Positions 26,386 through 41,734 of a DNA stretch of 64,000 nt are shown one piece after another. The stretch covers positions 11,408,001 to 11,472,000 of the forward strand of contig OZ024756.1 of the NCBI GenBank assembly GCA_964016885.1, given 5' to 3'. The notes beneath the pieces were generated by a model. It worked only from the letters and a program-made list of their open reading frames with translations, did not search any database and had not been told where the DNA came from. Every line of letters begins with the position of its first letter. The stretch's first letter is position 1. This DNA is from Eledone cirrhosa. Taxonomy: Eukaryota. Made by a program: the position numbers and the translations under genes.

Positions 26386-27004
26386 CAGATGTTCTCAATG
26401 TGGGCGCTACCTCCCACCCCCATGGGGCGTTGAGAAGGTCCGGGGGCTGGGACCTAAGAAGGGGATGCTGGTAGAGATGATATAATAGTATATTAGATAT
26501 TAAATGATACATCATCATCATCGTTTAATGTCTATCTTCCACGCTAGCTTGGGTTTAGATGGGAATTGTCCCACTTGAGGCAAGATTGCTTGTCTTGCTT
26601 GTATAGGACTGTCTGGCAGGTTTTCTACAGCTGGATGCCCTTCCTAACACCAACCACGTTTACAGTGTGGACTGGGAGGTTTTTACCGTGTTACCTACAC
26701 GGCCACATTACAGCGTGGACTGTGTGTTTTTTTTTCATGACACCTACACGACCTCATTTATTTAGGACTGGATGTTGTGGTACCAACATAACTTTACAGA
26801 GAAAGGGGTGGTGTAGATGGGGGTAGTGGGATGGGGGTGTATATATAAATATAGTAAAATAAAAAAATATATTTATTTATACATAGTATATATTATATTA
26901 TTTATTATATATTATTTACAGTTTGTGTGTAGGCAGGTCTCTGTAAATAGGGTTGGAAAGGTACTCTGAGAGGGCCAGTGGTCTAAAACGTTTGAGAATC
27001 TCTG
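26386..27004. mobile_element. hAT-type MITE with nested RTE 3' fragment (26511-26840, - strand)
   Basis: TIRs cagatgttctcaa / ttgagaatctctg and an exact 8-bp TSD CTCTATAA at 26378-26385 and 27005-27012. Confidence 0.8.
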
Positions 27005-27727
27005 CTCTATAATATATGCAGTACACTCTTTCATTGACAAGCTACATTTAAATGAATGTATCATCATAATCATCATAGTGTTTATGCCTGCATTTTGAGC
27101 TTATAAGCTATTATGTATATGAATATCTAAGCTATGCTAGCGTGGAAAAATGGATGTAATATATGTTTAATCATCATCACTGTGTAACCTCCATCGATTA
27201 GGCAGGTTGTCTTGTATTGTGGCTGGTCAGGTGATTATCCTATACACTCCTTTGTTGAATGTCCTTAATATCAACCACTTTATAGTGTATACAGAGAGCA
27301 TTTTATACTTCAGCACTACTACCCTACACCGTGTAGTGGGTGCTTTGTGTTGTGGTACCAGCATCACTACCCTACAGTGCCGACTGGGTGTATTTCATTA
27401 AGGTAATTAGCTCAGTACAACACTGTTCTGGTCAGGCTGGGGAGGCCCTGATGGGGATACAGGCTAGATACTGGGTAGGGTAAGCCATCCCACTGTGGGG
27501 AGGAAGCACTGGGTCATGGGGCTGACCATGAAGAAAGTGGGTGCTGCCTGATATTCCAGCCAAAGATTCCAATACAAGTCACATATCTAACTATATTTTT
27601 ATATATTTATCTCTGTTTTTTGTTGTAAGATATTTAAATTTTCCTGACCATTCTTTGTTTTGTTATCATCTCTCATCTTACCAAATATGTGGCTCTCCAG
27701 TCAGGCATTAGTGCCTCACTACATTAA

Positions 27728-27934
27728 CCCTTTAATGTTCAAACCGGCCCAAACCGGCCAGAATTCTCTACCTCTTTCTGTTGAAACTGGCTGTAACTGG
27801 TCACTCAAAGTGATGTTAAGGTATTGTTCTCAAAATAAATACTTTCAAAATCTGATAGATTTGATTTTATGTGAGATAAAACATTTACCATGAAAATATG
27901 ATAGTATATATAGAGTAATGTGAATGCTAAAGGG
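27728..27934. mobile_element. TTAA-flanked (piggyBac-like) MITE
   Basis: TTAA-cccttta...taaaggg-TTAA; further copies at 40539, 53935 and 57553. Confidence 0.8.
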
Positions 27935-28029
27935 TTAATGTGCAAAATTGCATATCAGCAAGGTGGCTGGTGAAGTCAAAATGCAGTTAGCTCATGTTAA
28001 TAATTTACTGTGAGCATTTTCTGCAGATA

Positions 28030-30436
<2,407 letters not shown>

Positions 30437-30630
30437 CTAGCCGAATTACCCGTGCCTTTCAGACATTTTTTTTGTAAGAAAATGATGATTGATTTTAACT
30501 CAGTGATATAATTTATGGAGATAAACTCGATTAGGGTGTCTTTATATTGAAACTTGCTGAAATTTTGTGAATAGCCATCATATCTTGTCATTTACCTATG
30601 GTTTAAGTTTCGTATAAATCAAAGGGAAAA
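30437..30630 (-). mobile_element. Possible Helitron 3'-end fragment
   Basis: a|ctagccgaattacccgtgc resembles the a|ctagcagatgtacccggc terminus at 43749; the hairpin is incomplete. Confidence 0.35.
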
Positions 30631-30881
30631 GATTCCTTGAGCAAGACACTTTATTTCACGTTGCTCCAGTTTACTCAGCTGTAGAAATGAGTACCAGCCT
30701 GCCCGCCCAGCCAGTGGGATGGCGTTGTCTTATGGCTAAAACAGCACGACGTGCTGTGACCAGCGGCGCCCGACAGAGTGGTCGGTCATGGTGACTCAAG
30801 GTTACATATATATATATACATATATATACACATATATACATCATCATTTTACGTCCGCTTTTCCCTGCTTGCAAGGGTGGA

Positions 30882-30932
<51 letters not shown>

Positions 30933-30976
30933 CACATATGTATATATATATACATATACACATATACATATATATA

Positions 30977-31527
30977 CATCATCATCATCATCGTTTAACG
31001 TCCATCTTCCACGCTAGTATGGGTTTAGACGGGAATTTTCCCACGTGAAGCAAGATTGGTTGTCTTGCTCTTATAGGACTGTCTGGCGGGTTTTCTACGG
31101 CTGGATGCCCTTCCTAATACCAACCACGTTTACAGTGTGGAACTGGGAGGTTTTTACCGTGTTACCTACACGGCCACATTACAGCGTGGACTGTGTTTTT
31201 TTGTCGTGACACCTACACGACCTCATTTATTTCGGACTGGATGTTGTGGTACCAACATAACTTTACATTGAAAGGGGTGGTGTGGATGGGGTTGAGGGTA
31301 GTGGGACGGGGGTGTATTTTTGTTAGAGGTGCCTACTGACTGTAGTAGGTTTCGCTTTGTACTTAGGCAAGACGGGTCTTCTCTATTACTGTGTAGCGCC
31401 AAAGATCTCGGTCCAGTGACATTGTCTTGGAGAGGTGTAAGTGTGTGAGGTCGGAGTTTATCAAGTCGTCCCAGGTTTTTCTGGGTCTGCCTACTCCGTG
31501 GCTACCGTCTATTTTTATCGCCCTGCA
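30977..31527 (-). mobile_element. RTE LINE 3' fragment
   Basis: Reverse-complement match to 10375-10910. Confidence 0.85.
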
Positions 31528-31604
31528 CTTTTTTTTTTATACATATATATATATACATACATATATATATGTATATATATATACATACATATATATACAT
31601 ATAT

Positions 31605-31945
31605 GGAGGCACGTGGCTTAGTGGTTAGAGCATTGGCCTTGCAATCAAAAGGTTGTGAGTTCAATTCTCAGACCGGGTGATGTGTTGTTTCCTTGAGCAA
31701 GACTCTTTATTTCACATTGCTCCAATTTACTCAGCTGTAGAAATGAGATGATAGGGACTGGGGTCCCTATCATTCCACTGCAAAGTGGTCGTGGAGGTGC
31801 CATGGCAAAAAAGCACCCAGCACTCACTGTAAATGAGGTTGGTGTTAGGAAGGGCATCCAGCTGTAGAAATCAAGCCAGAATCAGTTCCCGTCCCACCCT
31901 TGCAAGCAGGGAAAAAGCAGACGTAAAATGAAATGATGATGATGA
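31605..31945 (+). mobile_element. SINE family 1
   Basis: Full match to 9118-9466. Confidence 0.9.
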
Positions 31946-31987
31946 TACATATATACATACATATATATATACACATATACATAATAC

Positions 31988-32018
<31 letters not shown>

Positions 32019-32166
32019 CACATATACATATGTATATATATATACATATACATATGTATATATATATATATACATATACATATTTACATATATATATATA
32101 CATATACACACGACCGTGATATATATATATATATACATATACATATTTACATATATATATATACAT

Positions 32167-32491
32167 GACACACGACCGTGACTTCTGGCGTCACGCAGTA
32201 ATACAGGGTACCCGGCCTCCCATGGGTACGTGCTGAAGCATATAAACAATATGCCCCCCCCCCCCCCACCGCAAGGTGGTCGTGGAGGTGCCACGGCAAA
32301 AAAGCACCCAGCACTCACTGTAAATGAGGTTGGTGTTAGGAAGGGCATCCAGCTGTAGAAATCAAGCCAGATCAGTTCCTGTATGAGCAAGGCATGGTCA
32401 GCCGACCAGACACTGCCCACAACAGGACAACCCGTCTAACCCATGCTAGCGTGGAAGAACGGACGTAAAACGGTGATGATGATGATGATGA
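32167..32491 (+). mobile_element. RTE LINE 3' fragment, second subfamily
   Basis: Reverse complement of 34576-34945, with a (GAT)n tail. Confidence 0.8.
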
Positions 32492-32575
32492 TACATAAAC
32501 ATATATATATATACATATACACATATACATATATATACATATACATAAACATATATATATACATATATACATATA

Positions 32576-32730
32576 CAATGTATTAACAAATGGAAACTAT
32601 ATTTATAAAACCATATTTATTTCATTATACATATTTCAAGGGCCACCAGAGCAAACTATGATTCGCTTTGATCAGATAAAATATAATATAGGTTAGTTTT
32701 GTATCCCAACAAATTAAATATAACCTCTAC
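32576..32730 (-). mobile_element. Family E Penelope-like arm, partial
   Basis: aaatggaaactatatttataaaaccatattta...tttcaaggg...atcagataaaat, as at 2330-2421. Confidence 0.55.
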
Positions 32731-33238
32731 ATATATACATATATATATATATATGGTGGCTGCCAACTCGTTTTCGAGTACGGCGACTACTTTATATCCA
32801 TGTAGGAGAACCCCTACCGATGCGCTGAACAAGTGTGACTTTTTAGTCCAGCCAGCGACTTGAAAACTCTGGTACAAACACTACACTTGTGACAATTATT
32901 GACACATAGTGCTGGGCCCATGGTACCATGTGACGACAAGTGCAGAGAGATCTCCAGATATAAAGCAATGCCTGTGCCGTGAAGCTTTTATAGGGAGCAA
33001 AGGCACTGCATAGGGTTGCAGGTGTTACATCAGAGTTTTCCTTCTAGAATTCTGCCTTGACAAAGGCTAAGGGGTCATGTCTCCTGGTGATTTTGGATGG
33101 CCATTGACTCTTAAGAGCTCCTTTGCCCTTTGACAGGTTTTGTTTTTAGTCCTGCAGGATGTCCAAAGTCACCCTCCTCACCAAGAAACCTTGGTGGGGT
33201 TGCCAGTTTAGTCGCCAACGACCCGACCATGAGACATA

Positions 33239-33291
<53 letters not shown>

Positions 33292-33536
33292 TCATATATA
33301 TATATATATATATAAGTATGTATACGTACATACATATATGTATACAGACGTACAGTAGTATGCATATATATATACATACATGCACACATATATACATGTA
33401 CGTATGAATTCACCGAACATTTATTATAATGCTCGGTGTGTTTGTAAACAAACATCCCGTACTAAGAGTGAGAAATGAAATTTTGTTTCATTTTTTCCGT
33501 TTATATATACATATATATATATACACATATATATAT

Positions 33537-33567
<31 letters not shown>

Positions 33568-33580
33568 CACATATATATAT

Positions 33581-33629
<49 letters not shown>

Positions 33630-33638
33630 CATATATAC

Positions 33639-33682
<44 letters not shown>

Positions 33683-33683
33683 A

Positions 33684-34574
33684 CAGGGTGTGGACGATAT
33701 TTGTTCGCAATTTTCAACTGCTAATTTTATGCAAATTCTTTTTACTTCCGTTGTCACTCTTGTCTTCATAAAAACAGTGACTATATTTCCATTATTTATT
33801 TTCAGAATAATTGATTATCAATAATTTTGAACCTCCAAATTTGTGGAAGAGACACGGAGTTCTTCTGGGAATCCGCACCGGGAGGACAAATAAGACTAGA
33901 AGATCAACTCCCAGAACAACAGGTGGCTCGCTGTCTCATCCAAAGACGTGCCCAGAGTCATGCAGACAAAGTTTCCCACAACAACATTGGTCTTAGGTGT
34001 CCTCAGCAGTCAAGGTGACATCATGCCACCTCACTTCTTCCCTGAGGGCCTCAAGCTGAACACCGATGGCTACATCTACGTTCTGAGCGAGGTAATAAAG
34101 CCCTGGATCGACCAGGTAGCTGCAGGTAGGCCGTACGTGTGGCGGCAAGACTCAGCGCCCTGCCAAACCAGCCAAAAGACCCAAGCCAGGCTGTCAGAGA
34201 ACTTCATCGACCACACTTCACCTGACATCTGGCCTCCCAGCTTGCCTGACTGCAACCCTCTCGACTTCTTTGTGTGGGGTGCAGTGGAACGAGACACCAA
34301 CAGATCTAGCTGCAATACGAAAGATGATCTGACGGCCAGGATCACAAGTGCCTTTAGGGGCCTAAGTCGGGGTCAGTGACGAAGGCCAGTAGCCGGTTCC
34401 GAGGCCGCTTTGAGGCTGTCATCAAAGCCAATGGCAGGTTTATTAAGGGAGATCGAAAGAACAAGTCATGAAGACAAACTGACCCAAGTTTGATAAATAT
34501 ATCTTAAAAAATAAAACTACTGTGTTATTTTTTCCTAGACAGTAATCTTGTGAACAAATATCGTCTGCACCCTG
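33684..34574 (+). mobile_element. DD37D (maT) transposon, internally deleted copy
   Basis: Same TIRs as 980-2267; about 415 bp deleted (HTH region and first catalytic D); remnant ORF at 33948-34379. Confidence 0.95.
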
Positions 34575-34575
34575 T

Positions 34576-35243
34576 ATCATCATCATCATCGTTTTACGTC
34601 CGTTCTTCCACGCTAGCATGGGTTAGACGGGTTGTCCTGTTGTGGGCAGTGTCTGGTCGGCTGACCATGCCTTGCTCATACAGGAACTGATTTGGCTTGA
34701 TTTCTACAGCTGGATGCCCTTCCTAACACCAACTTCATTTACAGTGAGTGCTGGGTGCTTTTCTGTGGCGCCTACACGTCCACTTTACAGTGTGGGCTGG
34801 GTGCATTTTTGCCGTGGCACCTCCACAACCACCTTGCAGTGGGGGGTGTGGGGGAATATTGTCTATATGCTTCAGCTTCAACCCATGGGAGGTCAGGTAC
34901 TCTGTATTACTGCGTGACGCCAGAGGTCACGGTCGTGTGTCATCGCCTTTGAGAGATGTAATTGGGTAAGGTCGGCTTTTATCACCCCATCCCAGGTCAT
35001 CTTGGGTCGCCCCACTCCGCGGTTCCCATCGACTTCTAGTGCTCTGCACCTTTTTATGCAGCTGTCATCCTTCATACGCATCACATATCCATACCAACGC
35101 AACCGCCTCACCTGTACACAGCATTTGATTCCTCTTATTCTCAGTCTCTCTCTCAATTCATTTATGCTTTGTCGTTCGCGTATATTACTATTACACATCC
35201 ATCGGAGCATGCAGGCTTCGTTTCTCTCTAATCTATGTAGTCA
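34576..35243 (-). mobile_element. RTE LINE 3' fragment, second subfamily
   Basis: [12 protein letters not shown]...RRLRWYGYVMRM...GRPKMTW; its (GAT)n tail abuts the transposon TIR. Confidence 0.9.
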
Positions 35244-35244
35244 T

Positions 35245-35301
<57 letters not shown>

Positions 35302-35744
35302 CATGTTTGTGTGTGTGTACAGTGTATCTGTGGACATGTATTTAGTTCTTTCTCTATCTCACTCTTTCTACCTCACTTTCTCTATCACACTCTCTTTTTT
35401 ATCTTCTCTACCACACTTCAACATCTGTACCCGCAACTAATACACCTTTGTAGTTGTTTCTGTTGGTACAACTAGGGACTTACTACAAATGTAGGTGAAG
35501 CTGTTAACATGTTTCTGTGTGTGTATGCACGTAGGTAAGGCAACTCATCTAGGAGAGTAGACACTCCAAAACTGATATAGGGTAGAGACGGCTCATGAAT
35601 CCAGTAAGTCAACCTGCTTAGTGCTGGTGGCACAAATAATGCACCCAGTCCACGCTGTATTGTGGTTGGTGATAGGAAGGGCATCCAGCCAGAGAATATG
35701 ACAAACACACATATATATATATACACATATATATATTATATATC

Positions 35745-35984
35745 AAGTAAGAATATTTTCGAAACAGTGAGTGGGTTTGAAATTATTGGAAATGTAAGTA
35801 TTTTGACTAAAGAAATTAAAGAAATTATTTAGCCTGATAGTGGGGTTAAGAACCCTCGGAGAAATGGAAAAAGATGAGTATTGACGTACATGGGACGTTA
35901 ATACTCATCTTTTTCCATTTCTCCGAGGGTTCTTAACACCACTATCAGGCTAAATAATTTCTTTAATTTTTTTAGTCAAAATAC
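35745..35984 (-). mobile_element. Fold-back element (about 90-bp arms)
   Basis: Arms 35798-35888 and 35896-35984 are nearly perfect, with an unpaired tail on the left next to TA repeats. Confidence 0.55.
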
Positions 35985-35995
35985 GGCGATAGCAT

Positions 35996-36337
35996 ATCAT
36001 CATCATCATCATTTCATTTTACGTCCGCTTTTTCCCTGCTTGCAAGGGTGGGACGGAAACTGATTTTGGCTTGATTTACAGCTGGATGCCCTTCCTAACG
36101 CCAACCTCATTTACAGTGAGTGCTGGGTGCTTTTTTGCCGTGGCACCTACACGACCACTTTGCAGTGGAATGATATGGACCCCAGTCCCTATCATCTCAT
36201 TTCTACAGCTGAGTAAACTGGAGCAATGTGAAATAAAGTGTCTTGCTCAAGGAAACAACACATCACCCGCTCTGAGAATTGAACTCGCAACCTTTCGATT
36301 TCAAGGCCAATGTTCTAACCATTAAGCCATGTGCCTC
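35996..36337 (-). mobile_element. SINE family 1
   Basis: Full reverse-complement match. Confidence 0.9.
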
Positions 36338-36519
36338 TATATATATATATGTTTGCATGTATACACATATTGTCATCATCGTTGTTTCAATGCCTGCTTT
36401 CCTTGCTAGCAAGGATTGCACGGTACTGAAGTGGGGCCACTGATTGGGCAGGAATCTGTGTCTCACTTATGGATGATTCCATGTTCTACTGAGTGCACAG
36501 GAGAGATCATGTCTTTCCT

Positions 36520-36914
36520 ATATATGTATATATATATGTGTGTATGTATGTATGTGTATGTATGTATGTATATGTGTGTGTATATATGTATGTGTGTGTG
36601 TATGTATATGTGTGTGTATGTATGTGTGTGTGTATGTATATGTGTGTGTATATATGTATGTGTGTGTGTATGTATATGTGTGTGTGTATGTATATGTGTA
36701 TGTATGTATGTATGTATGTGTGTATATGTATATATGTGTATGTATGTATGTGTGTATATGTATATATGTGTATGTGTGTGTGTGTATATGTATATGTGTA
36801 TGTGTGTATATGTATGTATATATATATATATATGTGTCTATGTATATATATATATATATATGTATGTGTGTATGTACATGTGTGTGTATATATGTGTGTG
36901 TGTATATATGTATC

Positions 36915-36964
<50 letters not shown>
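36520..36964. repeat. (TG)/(TA) compound microsatellite
   Basis: Seen directly. Confidence 0.95.
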
Positions 36965-36965
<1 letters not shown>

Positions 36966-37165
36966 TTTAATATAGATGAGATTCTACAGGACTAGAACTG
37001 TTTCATTCATTAGAAATCATCAGGAATCTGAGATTCCTGATGATTTCTAATGAATGAAACAGTTCTAGTCCTGTAGAATCTCATCTATATTAAAACTTTT
37101 ATACTCTGCTATGTATTGAGTACCTTACTTACTGTGGTTACCTCCGATTCAACCCGGAATAACGT
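36965..37165 (+). mobile_element. Fold-back Penelope-like end (family B)
   Basis: Perfect 65-bp arms around 37030, then a tail cttttatactctgctatgtattgagtacc...; flanked by TA repeats. Relatives at 42675-42767 and 22597-22640. Confidence 0.8.
37030..37082 (+). ncRNA. Type I hammerhead ribozyme motif (mirror copy on - strand at 36978-37029)
   Basis: GAGATTC-CTGATGA-tTTCtaatGAAt-GAAA-CAG-ttctagtc-CTG-TA-GAATCTC: a 7-bp stem I, a closed stem III and a GUA cleavage triplet. Stem II is weak. Confidence 0.75.
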
Positions 37166-37266
37166 ATATATATATATATATATATATATATAAGAACTCT
37201 AGTTGTCTTCTGAATAAATGAAACTTGTGGATTGTACCATTTAGTTGGGCAGGTGAGACATGGACT

Positions 37267-37612
37267 CATCATCATCATTCATCTTTTCATTTTACGTCTG
37301 CTTTTCCCTGCTTGCAAGGGTGGGACGGGAACTGATTCTGGCTTGATTTCTACAGCTGGATGCCGTTCCTAACACCAACCTCATTTACAGTGAGTGCTGG
37401 GTGCTTTTTTTGCCATGGCACCTACACGTCCACTTTGCTGTGGAATGATAGGAACCCCAGTCCCTATCATCTCATTTCTACAGCTGAGTAAACTGGAGCA
37501 ATGTGAAATAAAGTGTCTTGCTCAAGGAAACAACACATCACCCAGTCTGAGAATTGAACTCACAACCTTTCGATTGCAAGGCCAATGCTTTAACCACTAG
37601 GCCATGTGCCTC
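37267..37612 (-). mobile_element. SINE family 1
   Basis: Full reverse-complement match. Confidence 0.9.
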
Positions 37613-37933
37613 CCAATGTACCAATTATTAAGCAGGTGTGACATGGACTGTACCAATTAATTAAGCAGGTGTGACATACGAGGACCATACCAATTAATTA
37701 GTAATATCTGTTATCAATATAACATTCAGTTAAACATGTCTGTGGCCTTCGTACTTTCATTGGGATCTTCATATAATTCGTCTATTGAGAAAGGAGAGGG
37801 GAAGGGGAGGGAGAGAAAGGTGAGGTCATAATCGTATCTTCCCATCCAGGTGTGTAATAGATTGACATGAATGTTAGGCTTAATGTTGAAATTATTTCAG
37901 TTAAGTTTTAGTTGGGTTCACTGTGTATGTAGC

Positions 37934-37967
<34 letters not shown>

Positions 37968-37970
<3 letters not shown>

Positions 37971-38302
37971 TCATCATCATTTTACGTCCGCTTCTTCCCT
38001 GCTTGCAAGGGTGGGACGGGAACTTATTCTGGCTTGATTTCTACAGCTGGATGCCCTTCCTAACACCAACCTCATTTACAGTGAGTGCTGGGTGCTTCTT
38101 TGCCGTGGCACCTCCACGACCACTTTGCAGTGGAATGATATGGACCCCAGTCCTATCATCTCATTTCTACAGCTGAGTAAACTGGAGCAATATGAAATAA
38201 AGTGTCTTGCTCAAGGAAACAACACATCACCCGGTCTGAGAATTGAACTCACAACCTTTCGATTGCAAGGCCAATGCTTTAACCACTAAGCCATGTGCCT
38301 CC
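37968..38302 (-). mobile_element. SINE family 1
   Basis: Full reverse-complement match. Confidence 0.9.
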
Positions 38303-38454
38303 TTGTCTACAAGGATATTATTTTATAACTGTAAATATTAACGTTTTTTTTTCCATCTACCAATCAAGGTTGCTATAGAGTCTGGCTTTTGAAAATATTT
38401 TTAGTTTATCTAATAACTGGTGCTTATATATATATATATATATATGTATATCAT

Positions 38455-39750
38455 CATAATCAACATCAATATCAGTTTTACATCTGCTTTCCCATGCTTG
38501 CATGGCTTGGATATGTCTTTTCCTGTAGGGCATTCCTCCACTTATTGCAGTCCTTCGTCATCTCTTTTGTGAGCTTCAGTGATTTGAAGTGAGCCCTCAC
38601 AAACTCTCTGTAGGTTTTTCTTGGTCTTCCTATTCTGAAGCTGCCATTCACTGGGATATCTTGACACTTCTTCAGCCAGTCATCATTATTCACACTCATG
38701 TCCAATACCAACTCTGTCTCCTCTCCTACACACTACACCTCATTCCTCTTACACCCAGTCATGTCTATACCAGTGCAGTCTCCTCTCTTACACACTACAC
38801 CTCATTCCCCTTATACCCAACCATGTCTATACCAGTGCAGTCTCCTCTCCTACACACTACACCTCATTCCCCTTATACCCAGTCATGTCTATACCAGTGC
38901 AGTCTCCTCTCCTACACACTACACCTCATTCCCCTTATACCCAGTCATGTCTATACCAGTGCAGTCTCCTCTCCTACAAACTACACCTCATTCCCCTTAT
39001 ACCCAACCATGTCTATACCAGTGCTGTCTCCTCTCCTACAAACTACACCTCATTCCCCTTATACCCAACCATGTCTATACCAGTGCTGTCTCCTCTCCTA
39101 CAAACTACACCTCATTCCCCTTATACCCAACCATGTCTATACCAGTGCTGTCTCCTCTCCTACAAACTACACCTCATTCCCCTTATACCCAACCATGTCT
39201 ATACCAGTGCAGTCTTCTTTCAGTTCATCCATGCTTCGTTGTTTGTGCACATTAACATGGCACATTCATCAGAGCGTACTCCTTTCATTTCATCCTCTGC
39301 ATTTACTGCCTATCTTTCATTACCATGCAACATTGCATATCACACGCAGACACCGTACAGCCTGCCGTTCTCTTGTAGAAAGAAACCATTTGTTGTCAAT
39401 GGAGGAAGTATTTCCCAGAACTTTTTCCACCCTGTTCTTATTCTTGCTATTTTGCTCTCAGAGCAACTTCTTCTACTGCTAATTAGATCACCTAGGTAGC
39501 AGAAGCTATCAACCACTTCAATTAATCCTTCCTGGAATTGGAAAACCTTTATTCTTCTGATGTTCTGGCTACCAATTATCCCTATGCCATATACAGTTTA
39601 CCCTTTCTGTTAGTCTACTATCCCACTACACTACTTGTGTACCTAAGATTTACATTGTGTACATTGTATAGAGTTTCTAGCTACTCTTTTTCTATATATT
39701 GAGCATGGTCACTTCCCTGATGGGATCAGGGTCCTGTTTTCTCTTCTACT
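38455..39750 (-). mobile_element. Decayed RTE LINE 3' portion containing an internal tandem amplification
   Basis: Minus strand runs from a degenerate PHD-like region (PSGK.PCS...QCTQCK..VHK) through DDWLKKCQ..GRPRKTY to the tail. Confidence 0.8.
38716..39213. repeat. 62-bp tandem repeat, about 8 copies
   Basis: Unit tctcctctcctacacactacacctcattccccttatacccagtcatgtctataccagtgcag. Confidence 0.95.
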
Positions 39751-40538
39751 TACTGAATAATCCCACTTAATATCATTTTACATCTCATTTGTTTCTTTAG
39801 ATATAAGAAACAAACATAAATTGTAGGAGAGAGAATTTAATTATAAACTATTAATTTATTAATATTAATCTAAAACAGATGCACACATTTCAATATTAAA
39901 TGTAAAACACATGTACATATTTACATAATATTTTTCTGGTATATTTTTTACTTAAGATTTTGCAAACCAGCTTCACTTTCTTTTTCTCCTCCATTTTCCA
40001 TATAACGTTATGTAGCTCTTGTACAAAGTTAGAACATTGAATAAAATGTTTTGTGGTATTGGTTTCGGTTCTCTGAGTTGAAATCCTACCTAGGTCAACT
40101 TGCCTTTCATCCATTTGAGGTCAATAAAAAAATACCAGTCTCGTACTGGGGTCAATTCTTCTTCTATATTTCTTTCTCACTTCCATTCACTCACTCCCTA
40201 TCCTTCTCTGGAAGAAATCTGCTGTGTTCAGACTTAGAGAAATGGGCTTTGCCATATTTAAAAGTGCCCTAGAAGTGCCGTATGTCAATATGGTGACCCA
40301 GTGACCCAGTCACAGGACCATACATGGAATTCTTGTACACAATCACCATTCTTTTTTTTTAATATTTAGTGTCTCTGAATGGCTTAAAAATTATGTCTTT
40401 CAGTTATTATCATGATGCTTGGATGTTCTTTAAAGACATTTCTTTCTCTGACAATTTGTTTGTTTTGAAAGTCTCAAATGATACAAATGAGATGTAATGT
40501 GTTAAGGTGGATTGTTCTGTTTTATGCCCATATCTTAA

Positions 40539-40743
40539 CCCTTTAATATTCAAACCGGCCCAAACCAGCCAGAATTCTCTCTCTTTCTGTTGAAACTGGC
40601 TGTAACTGGTCACTCAAACTGATGTTAAGGTATTGTTCTCAAAATAAATACTTTCAAAATCTCATAGATTCGAAATTATGTGAGATAAAGCCTTTACCAT
40701 GAAAATATAATAGTATATATAGAGTAATGTGATTGCTAAAGGG
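40539..40743. mobile_element. TTAA-flanked MITE
   Basis: Near-identical to 27728-27934, with TTAA on both sides. Confidence 0.8.
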
Positions 40744-41072
40744 TTAATATCTGGATTTACTCCTCTATACTCTTATAATACACTTTATCAATCTTTAACA
40801 CATTCTTCACAGTATATTTGTTGAAACATGTGTAAGACAAATATAAATTTCTTGAGACTTCCTGGATTATTGAAATGTTGTGTGTATTTACAATAACCTG
40901 GAATTGTTTACCCAATGTTTTAATTCTTGACTCCATATGGATTACATCTTGGATGAATTTCTTCTATTTACTGATTGTTGGACCACATTGAGCTTGACGT
41001 TTCTTGGCATAACATTACCAACTTGATCGTTCAACCAATTACCCTTGTTGTGTGTGTGTGTACACATACACA

Positions 41073-41315
41073 ACAGGACAACCCGTCTAACCCATGCTAG
41101 CATGGAAAATGGACGTAAACATCCAGTGCACACTGTAAAGTGGTCATGTAAAAACACGGCAAAAAGCACCCAGCACACACTGTAAATGTGGTTGGCGCTA
41201 GGAAGGGCATCCAGCCGTAGAATACCAGCCAGAAAGAGTCCTATATGAGTGAGACACGGTTGCCTGACCCGTCTAACCGATGCTAGCATGGAAGATGGAC
41301 ATTAGATGATGATGA
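41073..41315 (+). mobile_element. RTE/SINE 3'-tail fragments
   Basis: acccgtctaacccatgctagcatggaa...ggaagggcatccagccgtaga...(gat)n. Confidence 0.65.
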
Positions 41316-41491
41316 TATATATATATATATACACATACACACATATAACGTGTCTGCAGCACAGAACGTTTGATTGATGAAAAGAAATTGACATTATACA
41401 TAGTCTGAGGCAGATCAGCATTTAAGGAAACCATTATTGTAATCAACAGAATACATTTGCAAACAACCCAGAAGAACGACAGATGAGATAA

Positions 41492-41690
41492 TAATAATAA
41501 TAATTGTTTCTACTTTTGGCACTTGGCCAGCAATTACCCAGTGCATTACTGGTACTTTATTTTATCGACCCCGTAAGGATGAAAGGCAAAGTTAACCTTG
41601 GCGGGATTTGAACTCAGACTGTAAAGGGACGTAACTATGCTGGAAAACATGGCGTCCGACCCTCTACCGATACTGCCAATCCACCGCCCT
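41492..41690 (-). mobile_element. SINE family 2, full length
   Basis: Minus strand aggggcggtggatTGGCAGTATCGG...GAGTTCAAATCC...ctttgcctttcatccttacggggtcgataaaataaagtaccagt...(att)n tail. Confidence 0.85.
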
Positions 41691-41734
41691 TAGATAATAA
41701 TATGACATCACAAACGTTGCTCTGAGTTCCTAAT

